The position numbers and the translations under genes are program-made. A DNA stretch of 64,000 nt from Pecten maximus (lineage: Eukaryota). The stretch is from contig NC_047031.1 in the NCBI RefSeq assembly GCF_902652985.1, positions 8,680,001 through 8,744,000 of the forward strand, written 5' to 3'. The notes under the pieces were generated by a model that saw only the letters and a list, made by a program, of their open reading frames with translations, made no database searches and was not told the DNA's origin. Positions 25,394 through 40,410 of the stretch are shown one piece after another (position 1 is the stretch's first letter; each line of letters starts with the position of its first letter).

Positions 25394-26290
25394 TACATTC
25401 ATTTTCAACTTATTGAATTAACAATATATAATTGTTATTGATCTTTAAGACGGCTATAAGAATTATTATGTGGAAAGTAAATGTATGTGTTGACAGTACG
25501 AACTATTTTGTAAAATGAATGATTGATTATGTAAGAGTGAGTGTCTTGTCCTTTATGTACTGTATATACTATGTTATCCAATCGGAATGAAGTTAAAATT
25601 GAATTGAATATCCCATACAGATAATGACAATATAAAAGTGGATTATTTTGCTCTCTATGAACGTCTATTATAATGTTGTATAATGTATTTGTTAAATAAC
25701 ATCTTAAAAATTGATATATATTTTCAGTTTCAAAATATTTTATCGTCAACACAAGAAGTATAATAACAGGGTTTGGTTTTTTTTTTACATAGAATATCAT
25801 AAAGATTTGGTGTTGGCAAAAGGGATTGGACAACAGGCTCAGCCTATATTAGTCCTTTCCTATAAAATTGATATATATAATTTTTCGTTGTATAAATAAT
25901 CCTAGACGAAAACACTGCCGTTTTTTTTGACATGATAGTTAACGGTATGCAGACCTTCGTTTTATATCGACTCTAAATCATACCTGACCTGAATATGACA
26001 AATTTGTCAAAATCAAACGTACTTAACATATAAATGCCCATGTTTATGTAAGTTACTCAACACAGCCTTCATGTAAACCTGTACTACAACATAATAATAA
26101 TGAGGTAATCAACTGCCTGCTTTAGCAAATTTTGACCCATTGTTTTTCTTTTGTTATATGCTATTGTTCTTTACACAAATCAACACCAATCATTTATATG
26201 TTTCTCTCTCCAAATTTTCAAATCAGCAGCATTATTCCTATTGTATTATTAAACTTTGAATTAGTTGCATTTTTCAGAGAGTGAGATAGA

Positions 26291-26486
26291 GTTTGTTTTG
26301 TTTTTGTTTAACGTCCTATGTTAATAGGGTCATTTAAGGACGTGCCAGGTTTTGGAGGTGGAGGAAAGCCGGAGTACCCGGAGAAAAACCACCGGCCTAC
26401 GGTCAGTATCCTGGCAACTGCCCCACGTAGGTTTCGAACTTGCAACCCAGTGGTGGAGGGCTAGTGTTAAAGTGTCGGTACACCTT
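26291..26486 (-). mobile_element. tRNA-derived V-SINE-like element (5' truncated)
   Basis: Reverse complement of the family at 37983 and 42827: B box, TTTTCTCCGGGTACTCCGGCTTTCCTCCAC core, (AAAC)n tail. Confidence 0.85.
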
Positions 26487-27655
26487 TAAGATAAAGAGAT
26501 TGGAGTTTTCTCAATAACGAAACAGCTGTGAGATGTATAGGTTTATTCATTATTCAAGAGATAATGTACTGAATTAAATTCAAATTAATCAACTGAGTAT
26601 CTTTGTACAAGTATTTTAAAAATTTCAAATGTCCTTCAAAGCATTAAAATGTAAATGCTTTAAAATTTGATTAATTCACCAAATTCATGAACGAGAAAAG
26701 ATAAGTTTGAAAGATGTGACAACATCGTACTGAAACAATCTCTGGTATTAAGATGAAGCATATATTATCATATAATTCATATATAAATTCAATTAAATGT
26801 CAAATGAATTAATTACAAAACATTTGGCAAAGATGAAATCTTTTATAAGGAATTTAATTTCAAAGTATAATTGGAACAATGTTTATACATGTACTAATAT
26901 ATAATGAGTAATGATAGTGATATATATACTGGAAAATAATATTATTTTCGTGGGGTTTTATTTTAGCTTTTAATGAATTAAGAAACTTTTGGAGCCTGAC
27001 ATAGAATTTCAATGTTACTGCATTTCGAGGATAATTGATTCTTCAGGAAGCTAATATGTACTGCCTACAAAAGTATAAACTACGAAATTGGAAGTCCCAC
27101 GAAAATGTATGATACGACAGTATAAACTACGAAATTGGAGTCCCACGAAAATGTATGATATGGCAGTATAAAACTACTGATTAATGGACATATTCATCAA
27201 ATGTCACTCTTTCCATTTAAAAAATGAAATAAACAAGGCAAACCAAAGTGAATAAGGAATGATAAAGAAAATTTACCATCTGATAAAGTTAATCTTAAAA
27301 TGTAGTAGGCATGCAAGTTACATTTATTCTAAATTCACAAATAATATAGAAGAAAACTTAATCAAACGTAAATTATTTACAGAAAAAATGAAGTGATAAT
27401 AATCATCATAATACATTTAACTTATCAACTCCTTATATTGATCAAGTATATCCGACATTAATGATCAAATTAAGAGAATTTGCGCATTAGCGTATAATTA
27501 GTACATTTGTATTAATACATATTCTGACAAACAAACAAATAAAAATATTATTAATGATTTAACCTCAACTCCATCAATAGGTAAAGACAATAAAATGTTG
27601 ACAGACAGTATATATACAAATGTTTATATAATATATGTATATATATAATACTTAC

Positions 27656-27716
27656 ATTGAACAGGTAAAGCGATAACCACCAAGACAACGAGAGCCCATA
27701 ATACATCTCTGGGCAT
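27656..27716 (-). CDS. Gene A first coding exon: signal peptide
   Basis: cttcctcacag|ATG CCC AGA...CAA T|gtaag gives MPRDVLWALVVLVVIALPVQ; 61 nt, phase 1, joins exon 21340 to give ...VQC-TLK, a plausible cleavage site. Confidence 0.8.
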
Positions 27717-29194
27717 CTGTGAGGAAGAAAGAAAGATAATTGATTAAAATGAAAATATGTGACAGTTTGTGTATGTACATTTCACTACAACAATAGGTAA
27801 AATAGAAAATTCCTTTAATCTGATTCTACTGATGAACTTAATCTCGAGGTTTCTATATCAAAAGATACTGTAGTCTTGCTCAAGTCCTATATGTCTGAAT
27901 TCTAGAAGTGTCTGATTACTGACTTACATTCGTTCTGTTAGTATGTTTGAAGTGCCGGGGAAGAACTTAAATGTTTACATGTTACTTACTTACTTACAAT
28001 AGAGGTCTTCTGGTAGGCTTGGAAGCCTCTCTGAACCATTTGGCTGTTTTAAAATTTACTTTAAAAGGCGGTGATGTCTGTGACTTATATCATGGGGGAG
28101 GCAGTTTTAACAAATATCATGATATTTATGTCAAAGTTTGTGGCGTTTTTAGAGTGAATATTCTCGTCTTCATATTTCGGTGCACTTATGCATCTTATAT
28201 ATGAGATGTTTTCAAGATATACATGTATCCATATGCATTCACAACGCATATTCTAATTATTGGTATTTCGACTATCAAATACATATACTCATTTCCGACA
28301 AAATGATATATGTGTGCTGTTTATGCCAAATGACCATAGCAGAAAATTACCCGTTCGAGTACCTGCGGGCTGTTAACTGCCATTAAACCTATACAATAAC
28401 ACCTTTCCCGGGTAGCGAAATTCAAACTTGAATTTGATATAAAGTCCATATCACTTATACTTCAAATGAGCGATTGAGGGGAGGGAGTCTCTAGTAGTAA
28501 TATATAGTATCGTATACAGAGTACATGTATTTAGCTATGCGAGTCATTACCATGAAAATGAGTTGTGGAGTTATATATATATATATATATGTAGTGATAC
28601 ATTCTGCGATCACTGTGATAAGTCTGAGTTTCGACAGATGAGAGATTTTCGATATTCCACAATTTTTCCAAATATCATTTTCGTGATAGATATCCACTAC
28701 TACTCAAGAAATATCGTGCAGGCTTTAAATATCAAATGTTTTTCCTCGTCATCATCGCGATTTCGATGATAAATACCGCCTGCAAACGGCAACTACGTTT
28801 GGGAATCCTAGATTTCGATACAGTGTGTGTCATTTATGAAATAAAGGACGGTTACTGTGTCAGAGAAGTTGACCTTATTATGGAACATTGTAGAGGCTTT
28901 TACGTTCGTCTAGATTTTGTTAATTCATGCATAAAACAGCTTTAGTGTTTTGTTTATCTGGGGGTTTTTTATTCTAAATTTTTGTTTTTGTAGATGTTCC
29001 CTTTAAAAGAAAAGAGAAAAGAGCAGGTCAGAAAATTTCATATTGTCTTTCCTTGTTGTTAGAAAGTGGCTTTATTTGTATTTATTTTATTTTTCAAGTT
29101 TTTCAGCATAGTGCATTGTATAATACAAAAATATAACACATACACTTACACTCGAACATAAAATCATAATCACATCACATATATGATATCATCA

Positions 29195-29199
29195 TCAAT

Positions 29200-29243
<44 letters not shown>
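29195..29243. repeat. (ATC)n microsatellite; second tract at ~29359-29393
   Basis: Direct reading. Confidence 0.9.
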
Positions 29244-29899
29244 TTAATATATCATTTTCATGCTATACATTCACTTACATGCGCTAATTAATAATTATTT
29301 CACATATAATGATACATAATTACTATCGTCATCACACCTTTGCATACATAATAAAGGCATCATCATCATCATCATCATCACCATCGTCATCATCCACACA
29401 CGATATATCACCAAGTCATTCTTAATGATATGGAGACTACCCGTCGGCGTACTTCCTGTCGAGTCCATTTTTGAATTCAAATCAATTTCATTGTTAACAA
29501 TACAAAAAATGATTGGACACAAATTATCACAATATACCAATGTCTTCTACGTAATACACTTATACATATGTAAAACTTAGCAATGACCTAATGATAAACA
29601 GCATATCATAATTATGATATAAAATCTCAAACAGAGCCGGAAAAAAAAGGAAAGGGGAGGATAGGGGAAGAGAGAGAAAGAAAGATACTTGTAGGAATGA
29701 GAATACATTGTAAAAGATAACTGCAGGCAGATGACATTAAGAACATTAAAATGCATATTGAATTGTACACGTACTTATATATATATGTCGTTATCAACAA
29801 TAAAGTTTTGAACATGCTTCGTTTGATTTTATATCTAAGGAATTATCACCATACATAAGGCTTTCGTTTACATGTAGTATTTCTATACCATGGTAGATG

Positions 29900-30400
29900 T
29901 CTAAAAATTGTATTTCTTTGTACATTATAAAATTGGCAATCAAATGTTTTCCGTCTCTACATCATGTCCACATCGACAGGACGGACTGTCAATTAGGTTA
30001 ACACGGAATAAATCATTATTAAGATTACTAACATTATTACGAATACGACAATGTAAAATGTTTACTCTCCTTTAAAAACTTTTTTTCATATGAGTGTAAT
30101 TTAGAACTTTTGATTGATCTTTAAAACTACTTTAAAGTGTTAATATTACCTTGTTCCAGCGGCAGGTTATTCCATAAATTACGGGTAGTATGCATAAAAG
30201 AACACATAGACAGACTATGGCGAAAATGCGGAATTTAATATTCATCTCTATTTCTGAGATTATAAGCAGATAGATTAAACACTTTCGGGTGAAAAAGACA
30301 CACAAGATAGTTTGGGAAATTCCACGACTGAATGCTATAAAAAAAAGACTGAGTTTTCCTATATCTCTACGTTCTTTTAAGGATTGCCACTTCAATTGAA
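29900..30400 (-). mobile_element. Decayed CR1/L2-group LINE, ORF2 C-terminal fragment
   Basis: Frameshifted minus-strand pieces KWQSLKERRDIGKLSLFF, YNLRNRDEY*IPHFRHSLSMCSFMHTTRNLWNNLPLE and NILHCRIRNNVSNLNNDLFRVNLIDSPSCRCGHDVET match the recalled C-terminal motif series of CR1-type ORF2. Confidence 0.75.
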
Positions 30401-30809
30401 GCTCTTTTGAAGTTAATCAGAACACATATATGGGTGATGTTCAGAGGGATATACACTTTTTATATATAAAGAAGAAGCAAATCAAGTTTGTAAGAGTGGT
30501 TTCTGCAGTCATGTAATGAAATAAATAATAAATGCATGCTTATATATAGTTCCTATGACATAAACGTATTGACAGATATATTAGTTGTCATGTACAAGTA
30601 TTGTGCATAAAATGCATATGTTAACTTTACATGCAAAATTACACAAGTCGCGCTATAGATTGATATTACGTATGTTATTAATTGATTTCAATGAAACTCA
30701 TATACATATATCAGTATAAATAATAAATACGATTTTGTTATGATTATTATTTGAAATCAAAAAGGCGTGTTTCTGTTAAGGATTTTTTTTAGATATATAC
30801 ACCAATACG

Positions 30810-30899
30810 TCTACCTTGAAACTCGGTTAACTCGAAGACTCGGATAACTCGAGTTTTTTCACGATCTCGATGACTTCGAGTTAACGAGGTTTGGCTGTA
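30810..30899. mobile_element. Tc1/mariner-pogo-like MITE remnant
   Basis: gaaactcggttaactcgaa ... ttcgagttaacgaggtttggctgta inverted ends, terminating in CTGTA. Confidence 0.5.
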
Positions 30900-31206
30900 T
30901 TTGTTATATTAACATTTTGGAGACCTTTGATAATTAAATGGTTTTGGTTTACATTGTCAATGAAATAGAGTAGCTAAACTGTGACTGAGGCTATTTATAA
31001 AAACCTTGGCCCAAGCAGCCTTAATGTTCAGTACGCGTACACGAGTTGTGATATTACTAAGCATAACAGACACTACCAAGATAAAGAGGTTGATGAAAAA
31101 GTAATATGATGTATCATTTTCGGGGGCGTCTCAAAAGTTAATAAGTCACAGAGTTCACCTATCCGAGCAAGGACAGAAAGAACGTCGCTCTTTCTGAGAT
31201 AAAGGC

Positions 31207-31856
31207 AAAGAGTGACAACTAGTAAAGGGTGACAACTAGTAAAGGGTGACAACTAGGAAAGAGTGACAACTAGGAAAGGGTGAAACTATTAAACGGTGAC
31301 AACTTGTAAAGGGTGACAAATAGTAAGGGGGGAGGGGGGGGTAACTAGTAAAGGGTGACAACTAGTAAAGAAATCCAACAAGTAAAGGGTGATAACTAGT
31401 AAAGAATGCCAACAAGTAAAGGGGGGTAACTAGTAAAGGGAGACAACTAGTAAATGATGATAACTAGACTAAAGGGAGACAACTAGTAAAGGGTCACAAC
31501 TAGTAAAGGGAGACAACTAGTAAAGGGTCACAACTAGTAAAGGGAGACAACTAGTAAAGGGTCACAACTAGTAAAGTGAGACAACTAGTAAATGATGATA
31601 ACTAGTAAAGGATGGCAACTTGTAAAGGGTCACAACTAGTAAAAAGTGACAACTAGTAAAGGGTCACAACTAGTAAAGGATGACAACTAGTAAAGGAGGA
31701 CAACTAGTAAACGATGACAACTAGTAAAGGAGGATAACTAGTAAACGGTGACAACTAGTAAACGGTGACAACTAGTAAACGGTGACAACTAGTAAAGGAT
31801 AACTACTTTTAAAGGGTGATAATAAGTAAAAGGTCACAACTAGTAAAGGGTGACAA
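31207..31856. repeat. 17-bp minisatellite, ~38 copies
   Basis: Unit gggtgacaactagtaaa and variants. Confidence 0.95.
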
Positions 31857-32450
31857 TTAATCTTAGTCGAATCATAACAGAAACGTTTCATTTTAATTCA
31901 AATCTTTGACGAATCCATTCACCCAGCAATATTTATCAGATAACAAGTCTTCTTTGCCATATAACACGACCTTGTCATAAATACCATGAGACGTGTGTGT
32001 TTAAGCGCTAGTATGACGTCATGAAAATTAAAGTTATAATTATCTTGGTATTGGTAAATCGTCCGAGACGGAGTAAACCTTTAAGGGAATGCAGTGCGTG
32101 GAGATTTTTTGTTAGTTGAAATGTGATGTGTGTGTTTGTGAAAACATAATTTCACAATCGTGATAGTTGAAACTTGTAAAATAATCAGATATGTAAGAAG
32201 CCTTTCAGGTTATTGAATCCGTCAATTAATACAACATTACACTGACATCCATATAAGGTAATGCCCTCTATGTTTCCAAGTACATTAGGATTGACCAATA
32301 GAAAAGCTGCTTTCACGAACAGATATTTACCATTGTATGGCACTGCCACTATATAACCCTACCAATTCAGTTGCGAGTTCACCAGCTTATGAACTGCCAA
32401 CTGAAATTTGAATTTGAAAATTTCAAAAAAAAAATCGCAGATGGTAAATA

Positions 32451-32547
32451 TAAGCATTGAACGGCTTTCAGTTGGCATTCATAGTCAATATGAATGCCAA
32501 CTGGACAGAGGCAAATTCCATGAAGCGCGCTAGCCGTTCAATGCTTA
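32451..32547. repeat. Short palindromic element with nested hairpin
   Basis: taagcattgaacggct...agccgttcaatgctta encloses cagttggcattcata-gtcaa-tatgaatgccaactg. Confidence 0.7.
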
Positions 32548-33352
32548 AGTGATGTCATCGACTCGGTAATATGCATATGGATTACAGGCGGGTAATATTG
32601 GGCCTACGTAAAATCTATATTATCTTCGTATGACTAACAATTTAACGTCACATAACACATCAACAAAAAGCCAATGATCTCTTTGTGTGGAATAAGATGT
32701 GTGCACGGGCATTTCCCTCTGAAAACCTTGATTTCCTCGATGCTTCACCATACGCCGTCAAATGGAATATAAACATGTCAGAAAAAACGATATTTTACGA
32801 TCCGCCCGAGGTTTTATTTATGTCACTTCCGGTGTATTTGGTCAAGCACTGATTGTCCTTAAGGAAATCATGGTCATTTAGTCATGGCCATAAAACTGAC
32901 CAAGTTTACACGCTCTATAGTGACCAGACAATAAACTGAGGTAAGTATGATATCAGTATATATGAATAGGTTACTAACACTTCATCCCGCGCGGAAATAT
33001 AGATATATAGATAATGATTCATCTGTTTACCGTACTTTGGGATATTTTGGCGTCGCCAAAATTTGACGGTTTTTTTGCTCAAAATAAGGTGGTTAAATAT
33101 CGGTGCGTCAAATTTTGGCGTTTACCATCATGTGTGTTACATTCTGGCACTTACCTGTAGTTATGAAATTGATATGTTTGTTCATTACGCTACGAAAGTC
33201 TACATATTGATTTATGATTCTAAATCCTTACGAAAATAAAGCGTCTCAGTCACCCTAATTGCACCAGATACGATTGTCTTTTACGGGACATGTTAATCTT
33301 TATTTTTCATTTTATTTATTTGTTTATTGGACTCTACATTTTTTTTATTATA

Positions 33353-33386
<34 letters not shown>

Positions 33387-35164
33387 TTATTTTTTTTTAT
33401 TATTCTACTTTTTTTTCTACATTTCCCAACTACGAACACACACCATCCAAGTATACGTTTGAAGAACCTGCATTCCTAACAGCATGAATTCGCTACATGA
33501 ACTTTCGAAATCAAAGTTCCACTCGTAATGCATGTAGAATTGCGATACTTTGGTGATGAGTAACAAACGTGTTTACCCGAGAGACATTAAAAGTGCAGTC
33601 ACAGTGCAGACATCAATATATTATTTCAAAGCTAGACAAAATCTGTCAAATTTCTTATTATATTTTCTGAATCTTAATCAGCAATGCTGTATTTTAATTT
33701 TTGTATATCCGCGTCTGTTTTGTAATTTGTAATCATTTTATCAAACAATCAATATTCTGGGAGTGTGTATTTTAGCGCGCATCAATCATACATATTTATA
33801 TATATATACCTACACGTAATATACAAGTATACTTATGTGTAAGACGCTCTTGTCACTAAAGGTAATTTATATCACGGAGCAGAACATTACATGAACTGTA
33901 TATATACCGGAACATATAGAAAACACACCGTAGAACGGACTAGATGACCCTATGACTGTATATCGAATACACGACGAATGTCAACTGTATATAACCCAAC
34001 GTATCGAACGATCACAGCGGCTCACAATTTCGTACTACAAAAATGTATTTTAAAACTAGAAAATAATTTTGAAACAGAGCCCAACTTATAAAAAATTCAC
34101 AGCGGCTCACAATTTCGTACTAGATTAAAACTAGAAAATAATTTGAATATCCCAACCTATCAAACAATCACAGCAGCTCACAATGTCTAAAACTAAGAAA
34201 AATTTTGAAAACAATTCTTGTTTTTAATTTTTTTTAAGAAAAATCCAATAAGTACCATTTTGAACATGTATATGAGACAATAGATGTCGCTATATGTTTT
34301 CTTAACATAAAAGAAAGATATTTTTGATTGAAATGTATTGCATGAATAATCTTTGCACCTGTCAATCATTACGTAACCGTCATTCAAAACTCAACTCTCT
34401 TTGTCTCATTTACGAATTGCGTTTAATGCGTGGGCACGGTAGGGTTATTTCAGGAGAATGGTGACGTCACTGAAACAAAATTCACCACGAATAGAAACTA
34501 ACCACAGACGTTACATGATTCCTCGTGATTTTTATATAACAGTGTCATTGATGACGTCACGAAAGCATTCTGTGGGAAATTAATCCCGAGACGGCTAGAT
34601 TGGGAAATATGACCAACGCTCTTGATCAGAAATATATAATCAGAATTTGTGCTTTAACCCTATAAGTACAAGAGTTTTCCTTTTTTAATTCTTCTCTTTT
34701 TATTTAATTTCCCTATTTATTTATTTCTATTATTAATTTATCTAGGTTTATCTATTTGAATTCTCACGGATGTGTTGTCAGTTATTGGCCATATAGATCT
34801 AAGCTACTTTTGATTATGCCGATACCAAACAGAATTATTCATATAATAATATTACTACAATGTAGTTACAAAGGCATAACGCATTATGTAATACAACATT
34901 CGTTACACTTGGACAGCTTGATTTATGATACATATCAAAACAAAAATTGTAAATGGCTTCCACTTGATACGGTGTACCACATCCCGTCACATCTCTGCTT
35001 CACATAAATTTTGATCAGATTTCATCCAATGCCTTAAATCACAAGCGTGTTCAATGACGGCTGCAAAGAATAATTTATTTAGATTTAGTTGCTCGCCGTA
35101 GGATATTCATTACGTAAAAATACATGTTTTATATTGTGTTTATAAAGCGTTGTAATATTTAAAG

Positions 35165-35400
35165 GATTTGTTTGTTTGTTGGTTTTATCGCCCTGTGAAC
35201 AGACATTGTCATTTTGAGGCGGAGTCTCCTTGTAGTAGTTGGTGACTACCTCACTGAACAACATACGGGAGACCCGTCGCATGCCAACCAAGGAAATAAG
35301 AGTAGCGAGTCTTGCCCAAGGACAAAACAATAATAGCACAGCTAGGCAAGTTTTTCATCTTTCCGAGAATTTCAAACCGACATGAGTAGGAAGCGTCCTT
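35165..35400 (-). mobile_element. CORE-SINE-like copy (related partial copies at ~39140-39330 and ~40205-40385)
   Basis: Shares ttgtagtagttggtgactacctcactgaacaacatacggg and tcttgcccaaggac with 45482-45786. Confidence 0.7.
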
Positions 35401-35571
35401 TAAAGGGACTCTTTTGTGAAATGCATCAGACATTGAAGTAATAAAACGTTGTAAATTCGTCCAAATTATAATTCTATTTCATAATTTGGCATGTGACTAT
35501 GCATAACGTTCTTCTGCAAGTTAAAGAAGTGATTATTCACATTTGTGTTACAGCGTCAATTCTAAAACCGA

Positions 35572-35713
35572 GTTTGTTTGTTTGTTTGTTGTTTTTGTTT
35601 TTGTTTTTTTTTTAACGTCCTCTATATATATTATAAACAGCCAGGGTTATTTAAGGACGTGTCAGGTTTTGGGATGGAGGAAAGCCGGAGTGCCGGAGAA
35701 AAAACACCGGCCT
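35572..35713 (-). mobile_element. V-SINE-like 3' fragment
   Basis: (gttt)n tail followed by ttaacgtcct...taaggacgtgtcagg...ggaggaaagccggagt. Confidence 0.8.
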
Positions 35714-37982
35714 ATATAAATATTGAGTGTAAAGTATATAACTTTTGGAGGTGATAATAGAGTAAAGTATGTTACTTTTCGAGGGTGGTAATAGTGTAAA
35801 GTATGTAACATTTGGTGGGTGGTAATAGTACTAGTGTAAAGTTAGTGTAAAGAATGTATATTTTGCTACGGTATATAACAGCCTATCATTCAATGAAATG
35901 TAATTCAGTGCACCTTAAGTATCTACTCAACTCACCCAGCCACCCAAATTAAAGAACTGGCGACGCGCTTTGTTTCCAGGGAAGACTGACAACGACAAAT
36001 GTTATTAGAATAATTAATGCATGACACCGCGTGACGTACACGTTACGTAAATCCGGATAATCTAGACCGACTCCGATAGTATAATTAATCAGTGATTAGG
36101 GCCGAAATTTTACATGCCAGATTTATCATATCTAATCTTGTCAAAGTCTCATCCCGATTACCGGGCATCATTACATCCTTATCATAATTGCAATATAAAC
36201 ATCCTTTGTTAAGACCTTCTAATGCGCGAGGTCACGTGGGCCCGTAACCAGCCAACCCAAATCTCTATAGGGTATCAATTGTCTCTAGGGTTAATTATAA
36301 TGTCTAAGTCGGCGCCGGGCCAGCGTCAGTTTGAAGTGTTCTGGTAGAGAACACCGTACACCCCATCCAAAGTATTGTGAAATGATAGGACCAAGGATAA
36401 TATAATCGTAATCCTAAGTTGTTAATAACCGAGGTAATCAAAATGATAATTAAGTTTAAAAGGATGTGTAATACAAAAAAAAAATGGGCTAAAAAGTAAA
36501 AGATAAAATTAAACAATTTTTACTTTTATATCTATTTCAAAAACATATTTTACGCTTCTGCAAATATTTTGTTCTTCGAAATTATTTTTCCCTCCATACT
36601 GTGCGTCCGAAAATAAAAATTGTAGTTGTATCACAGACAAGAAAACAATGACTACTATAGGATATACGGCTCGTGTATTTCGGAATATAATATATTATAC
36701 GCTTCAGTAAATATTGTGTTATTCAAAATTGTTTATGGTTCGTTTCATTTAACACGAATCGTGTTAATAAGTACAGTAGATAGTTATCTACAACTCTCGT
36801 GGTTTTTTTTAACCAATCATAAGAAAGCATGGATTCGCCCCAGCCCTGACTCAGTATAACAAAAAGATCACACGATTAATTTGGGAGGAAAAACCGAACT
36901 CAAGACAAATAACAATTAGTTAAATGTCACATTAAACGTGTTTACCTTGATTTATTACCTAGAAATTGACACATTTAACAAAAACAAGCTTGTAAACAAG
37001 TCGTCAACAACTTGCAGTTTTTATACACCGCATTGTATGTGTAGCTAAGCTGTACGTTTCACAAAGTGAAATTTGATTTCGTTCTTTGTTCGACATGGTT
37101 GGCTTTGTTTCCTGAAAGTGACCCAAGAATTACTGTATGTGTAACTCGTTGTACAGCTTTTTCACGATAAAAAAAACTTTTGTTATTTATCAAAGTCGAC
37201 AATGAGGCCCATTACGTAATGTGTGTGTTCCTATACATTCCGACTGACGAGTGATTGACAATCAACAAGACATATTATACCAACATTTGCGCATGTGTAT
37301 ACCATCCATGTGGTGAATATCAAAGATCAGAGGCGCACATGTTGCTTTACGTATTGATAGGAAACTTTGATGAATTATACGTGAAAATGTATTGTAAGAA
37401 ATGAAGGGGAAAATAGGCAGTAGGGATTTTGTTCCTCTAATAAACCTTACACGGGCATCAATATATTGCGATCTTTTTCTCTTAAAACAAACAAACAAAC
37501 AAACCAAACCAAACAAGAGAAAGAAACCAGAAATGTACACAAAACAATAATAACGAATTATCAAAAAAAAAAAGGAATCACACATGACCCTTGAAAAAGT
37601 ACCAGGTGTGTCAGACCAGGCGTCCCGGAATATTAAGAATACTTTGCTTCGTCGACGTCCTCGCCATGCTAATCAAGGTCAAATCGGGACAATGTAACGT
37701 TTCTGAATTGAGAACTGAGGTAGCGATGCCACCAGGCTTACCAAAGAGCACGAATACGCGTGCGTCAAATTTATATCGCAAAGGAACCGAAAATTACCAA
37801 TTGAATCATATATTCACCATAAAACTTCCCCATACTCGAAAATCTTAACCATCTTTCAAAACTTGAAAGTTTTGCAAATCATCGACATTATTTCCGGAAA
37901 TCGTCAATCTTATATCAAACAAATTAAAGGAAAAGCAAACTTTATCAAATGTAATACATTCAAATAGCATCTTTAAGTGAAA

Positions 37983-38202
37983 GGGGCCGCGGTGGCCGAG
38001 TGGTTACAGTGTCCCGAAATTTTATCACTAGCCCTCCACCTCCAGGTCGCGAGTTCGAAACCTACGTGGGGCAGTTACCAGGTACTGACCGTAGGTCGGT
38101 GGTTTTTCTCTGGGTACTCCGGCTTTCCTCCACATCAAAAACCTGGCACGTCCATAAATGACCCTGGCTGTCAATAGGACGTTAAACAAAATAAGCCCAA
38201 GC
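37983..38202 (+). mobile_element. Full-length tRNA-derived V-SINE-like element with TSD
   Basis: A box TGGCCGAGTGG, B box GTTCGAAACC, V-domain-like core GGTTTTTCTCTGGGTACTCCGGCTTTCCTCCAC. Flanks TCTTTAAGTGAAA (37970-37982) and TCTTTACGTGAAA (38203-38215). Confidence 0.88.
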
Positions 38203-40410
38203 TCTTTACGTGAAATGTCATATTGCTGGAGTGTATGAACATCAGTACATGTATATTCCGTAAAAAATTAATAATGCAATTTTAGAGGTGTAAACCATTT
38301 TTCAATGTAAACTTATTTCAACATTTATTCATAAAATATAGGATTAAACACCGAAGTTAATCTGTCATGTCTTTCTATAATAGACAAATGTACAAGTTGT
38401 TCTATTTTAGGAATGCTGTCAATTAACAACGCTTGAGCACCCAATCATAAAATGTTTTATAAAATATTCCTCCTCACACATATTCAGGCTATTAAGCGAT
38501 ACTATTAGAGTGTTTTATTTCACAGAAAGATTTATTAGACCAAGTTATATGTGACGCCACTTAATAATGACAAAGTATCGGGCTAGTATAATGTTAAAAA
38601 ATATCTATACATAAAACCATGTCACACAGTCAACTTCCTAACCAGAAGTTTTCTATTTACATCCACACCAAATAATGACTGCATGCGTAAAAAATTACAT
38701 TTTCTGTTTTCTTGTTTTTCATTTTTTTTTTTTTTTTTTATCTATATTTTTTCACAAATGTCTAACATTTTTTAACACTTTAAATCATTTTTTTTTGGGA
38801 ATGCAAAATATAGCGTTTCTTTCTAGGTCACCAAAAACAGGCAGAAATATCGCTTGGAAATTTAGTTATTTAAGACATTTTAAAATATTTAACAGCTTAT
38901 AGATTATTAGATATACCTATTACAGTTTTACCATTGAAATACCAGATATTATCAACTAAATTTTGTATATATAAAATATATTGTGTTTATGAAAAACTAT
39001 ATACTGGTACATGTACCGTATTAATATATATGTCACGCATACGTATTTAGATATAATATTGATATACAGAGTACTACATATCATTAAAGTAAACTTTGTT
39101 TTCTCCTTGGATAATGTACCATGTATCACATGTATATATTCAGTTTAGTTCCGCCAGCAGACAGGTTGATTTTGTGGAGTCAGATTGTAGTAGTTGGTGG
39201 CTACCTCACTGACTACCATATATAATTTACGGGATACCATATCAAGGAATGTTAGTTAGCATAAAGAGCCCATGGACAGGAACGCGACATGACTGGGGAG
39301 GATAACCGATTATTTCCGCTTCCTGAGAAACCATTAACACCAATTACTAGGACAATGTGCAGTATGTAGCATACAACCTTAACTCAAACACATGTCGTAT
39401 GTTTGATGTATTTATTGTAGACGTACGTGTAGATTCCAAATACACACGGTGACAACACACGATGACACGTGTGTATTACAAACGTGTGTATTGGGATCTG
39501 GATGTAGACATGGCACACCTACATACACTTATGTCTATAAACAACTTACCTTTCACAGAAGCACGTGTATCGTAAGTAAAGATTTGTGTCTACATGTGTA
39601 AATGTTTGTTGGTACATCTGCACATTTGTCAAATATAAAAAAAAAATGTATATATATATATATATAGGCGGTATATGTATTAATCATGATTAAAGATACT
39701 ATTGGAGACTGTGTTTCGTTCATAATTGTATCCAATAAATATTGAATAAAACATCTATATATGTATACAACAAAAACCTTATCTCCCTCCCCAACGACAA
39801 ACTCCACAATATAGACATCGTAGGTCACAACTCACAGAATGCATTTGATGATTTTTTATAAGACACACAGGAATGTCATAGCTCGTCAGTAATGGACGAA
39901 CTGTTAATACCCATGTCAATAGATATATAGTATACGGTAGCTGGTGTGAGCGTTGAAAAGACAATCATTCTGTAATTTAATTTTATATACAAAGTGCCTT
40001 TTAAACCTATGTACAGGTACTTTACAAAACTATTGTTTTGTAGTTTTGAATCTTGCGGAAGAATTACATCTGATATCATAACACCATATTTCGGTCAATA
40101 TGGCGAATCTTCCACACAGTTATTCTGTCTAAATTTAACAAACTCTTCAACATTACACTTAAGAGAAAAAATAAATATCTCATTTTCCTAGACTTATTTG
40201 CTTCTTAGTTGGTTTTATGCCTTAATTACCAGCCTGGATAATTTTGATGGGTGTTCTCCTTGTAGTAGCTGGTGACTACCTCGCTGAACAACATACGGAA
40301 GACCAGTGATACTCAAAGAAATGGGAGATGTATTGGTGTAGACCGTGGTCTGTCTTGACTTCATTTCCTGAGAATCTCAAACCACCATGTTAGGGAAAGA
40401 TCGGGATCGG

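Noticed and set aside
1682-33487. Phe/Lys-rich short ORFs (1682..1891, 20801..21190, 33259..33487 and similar)
   Set aside because: Translations of poly-T/poly-A low-complexity intronic or intergenic tracts.
37983-38070. tRNA gene candidates (also 42827, 45786, 58467)
   Set aside because: A/B boxes run on into SINE bodies and tails, some with TSDs; no intact cloverleaf or terminator seen.
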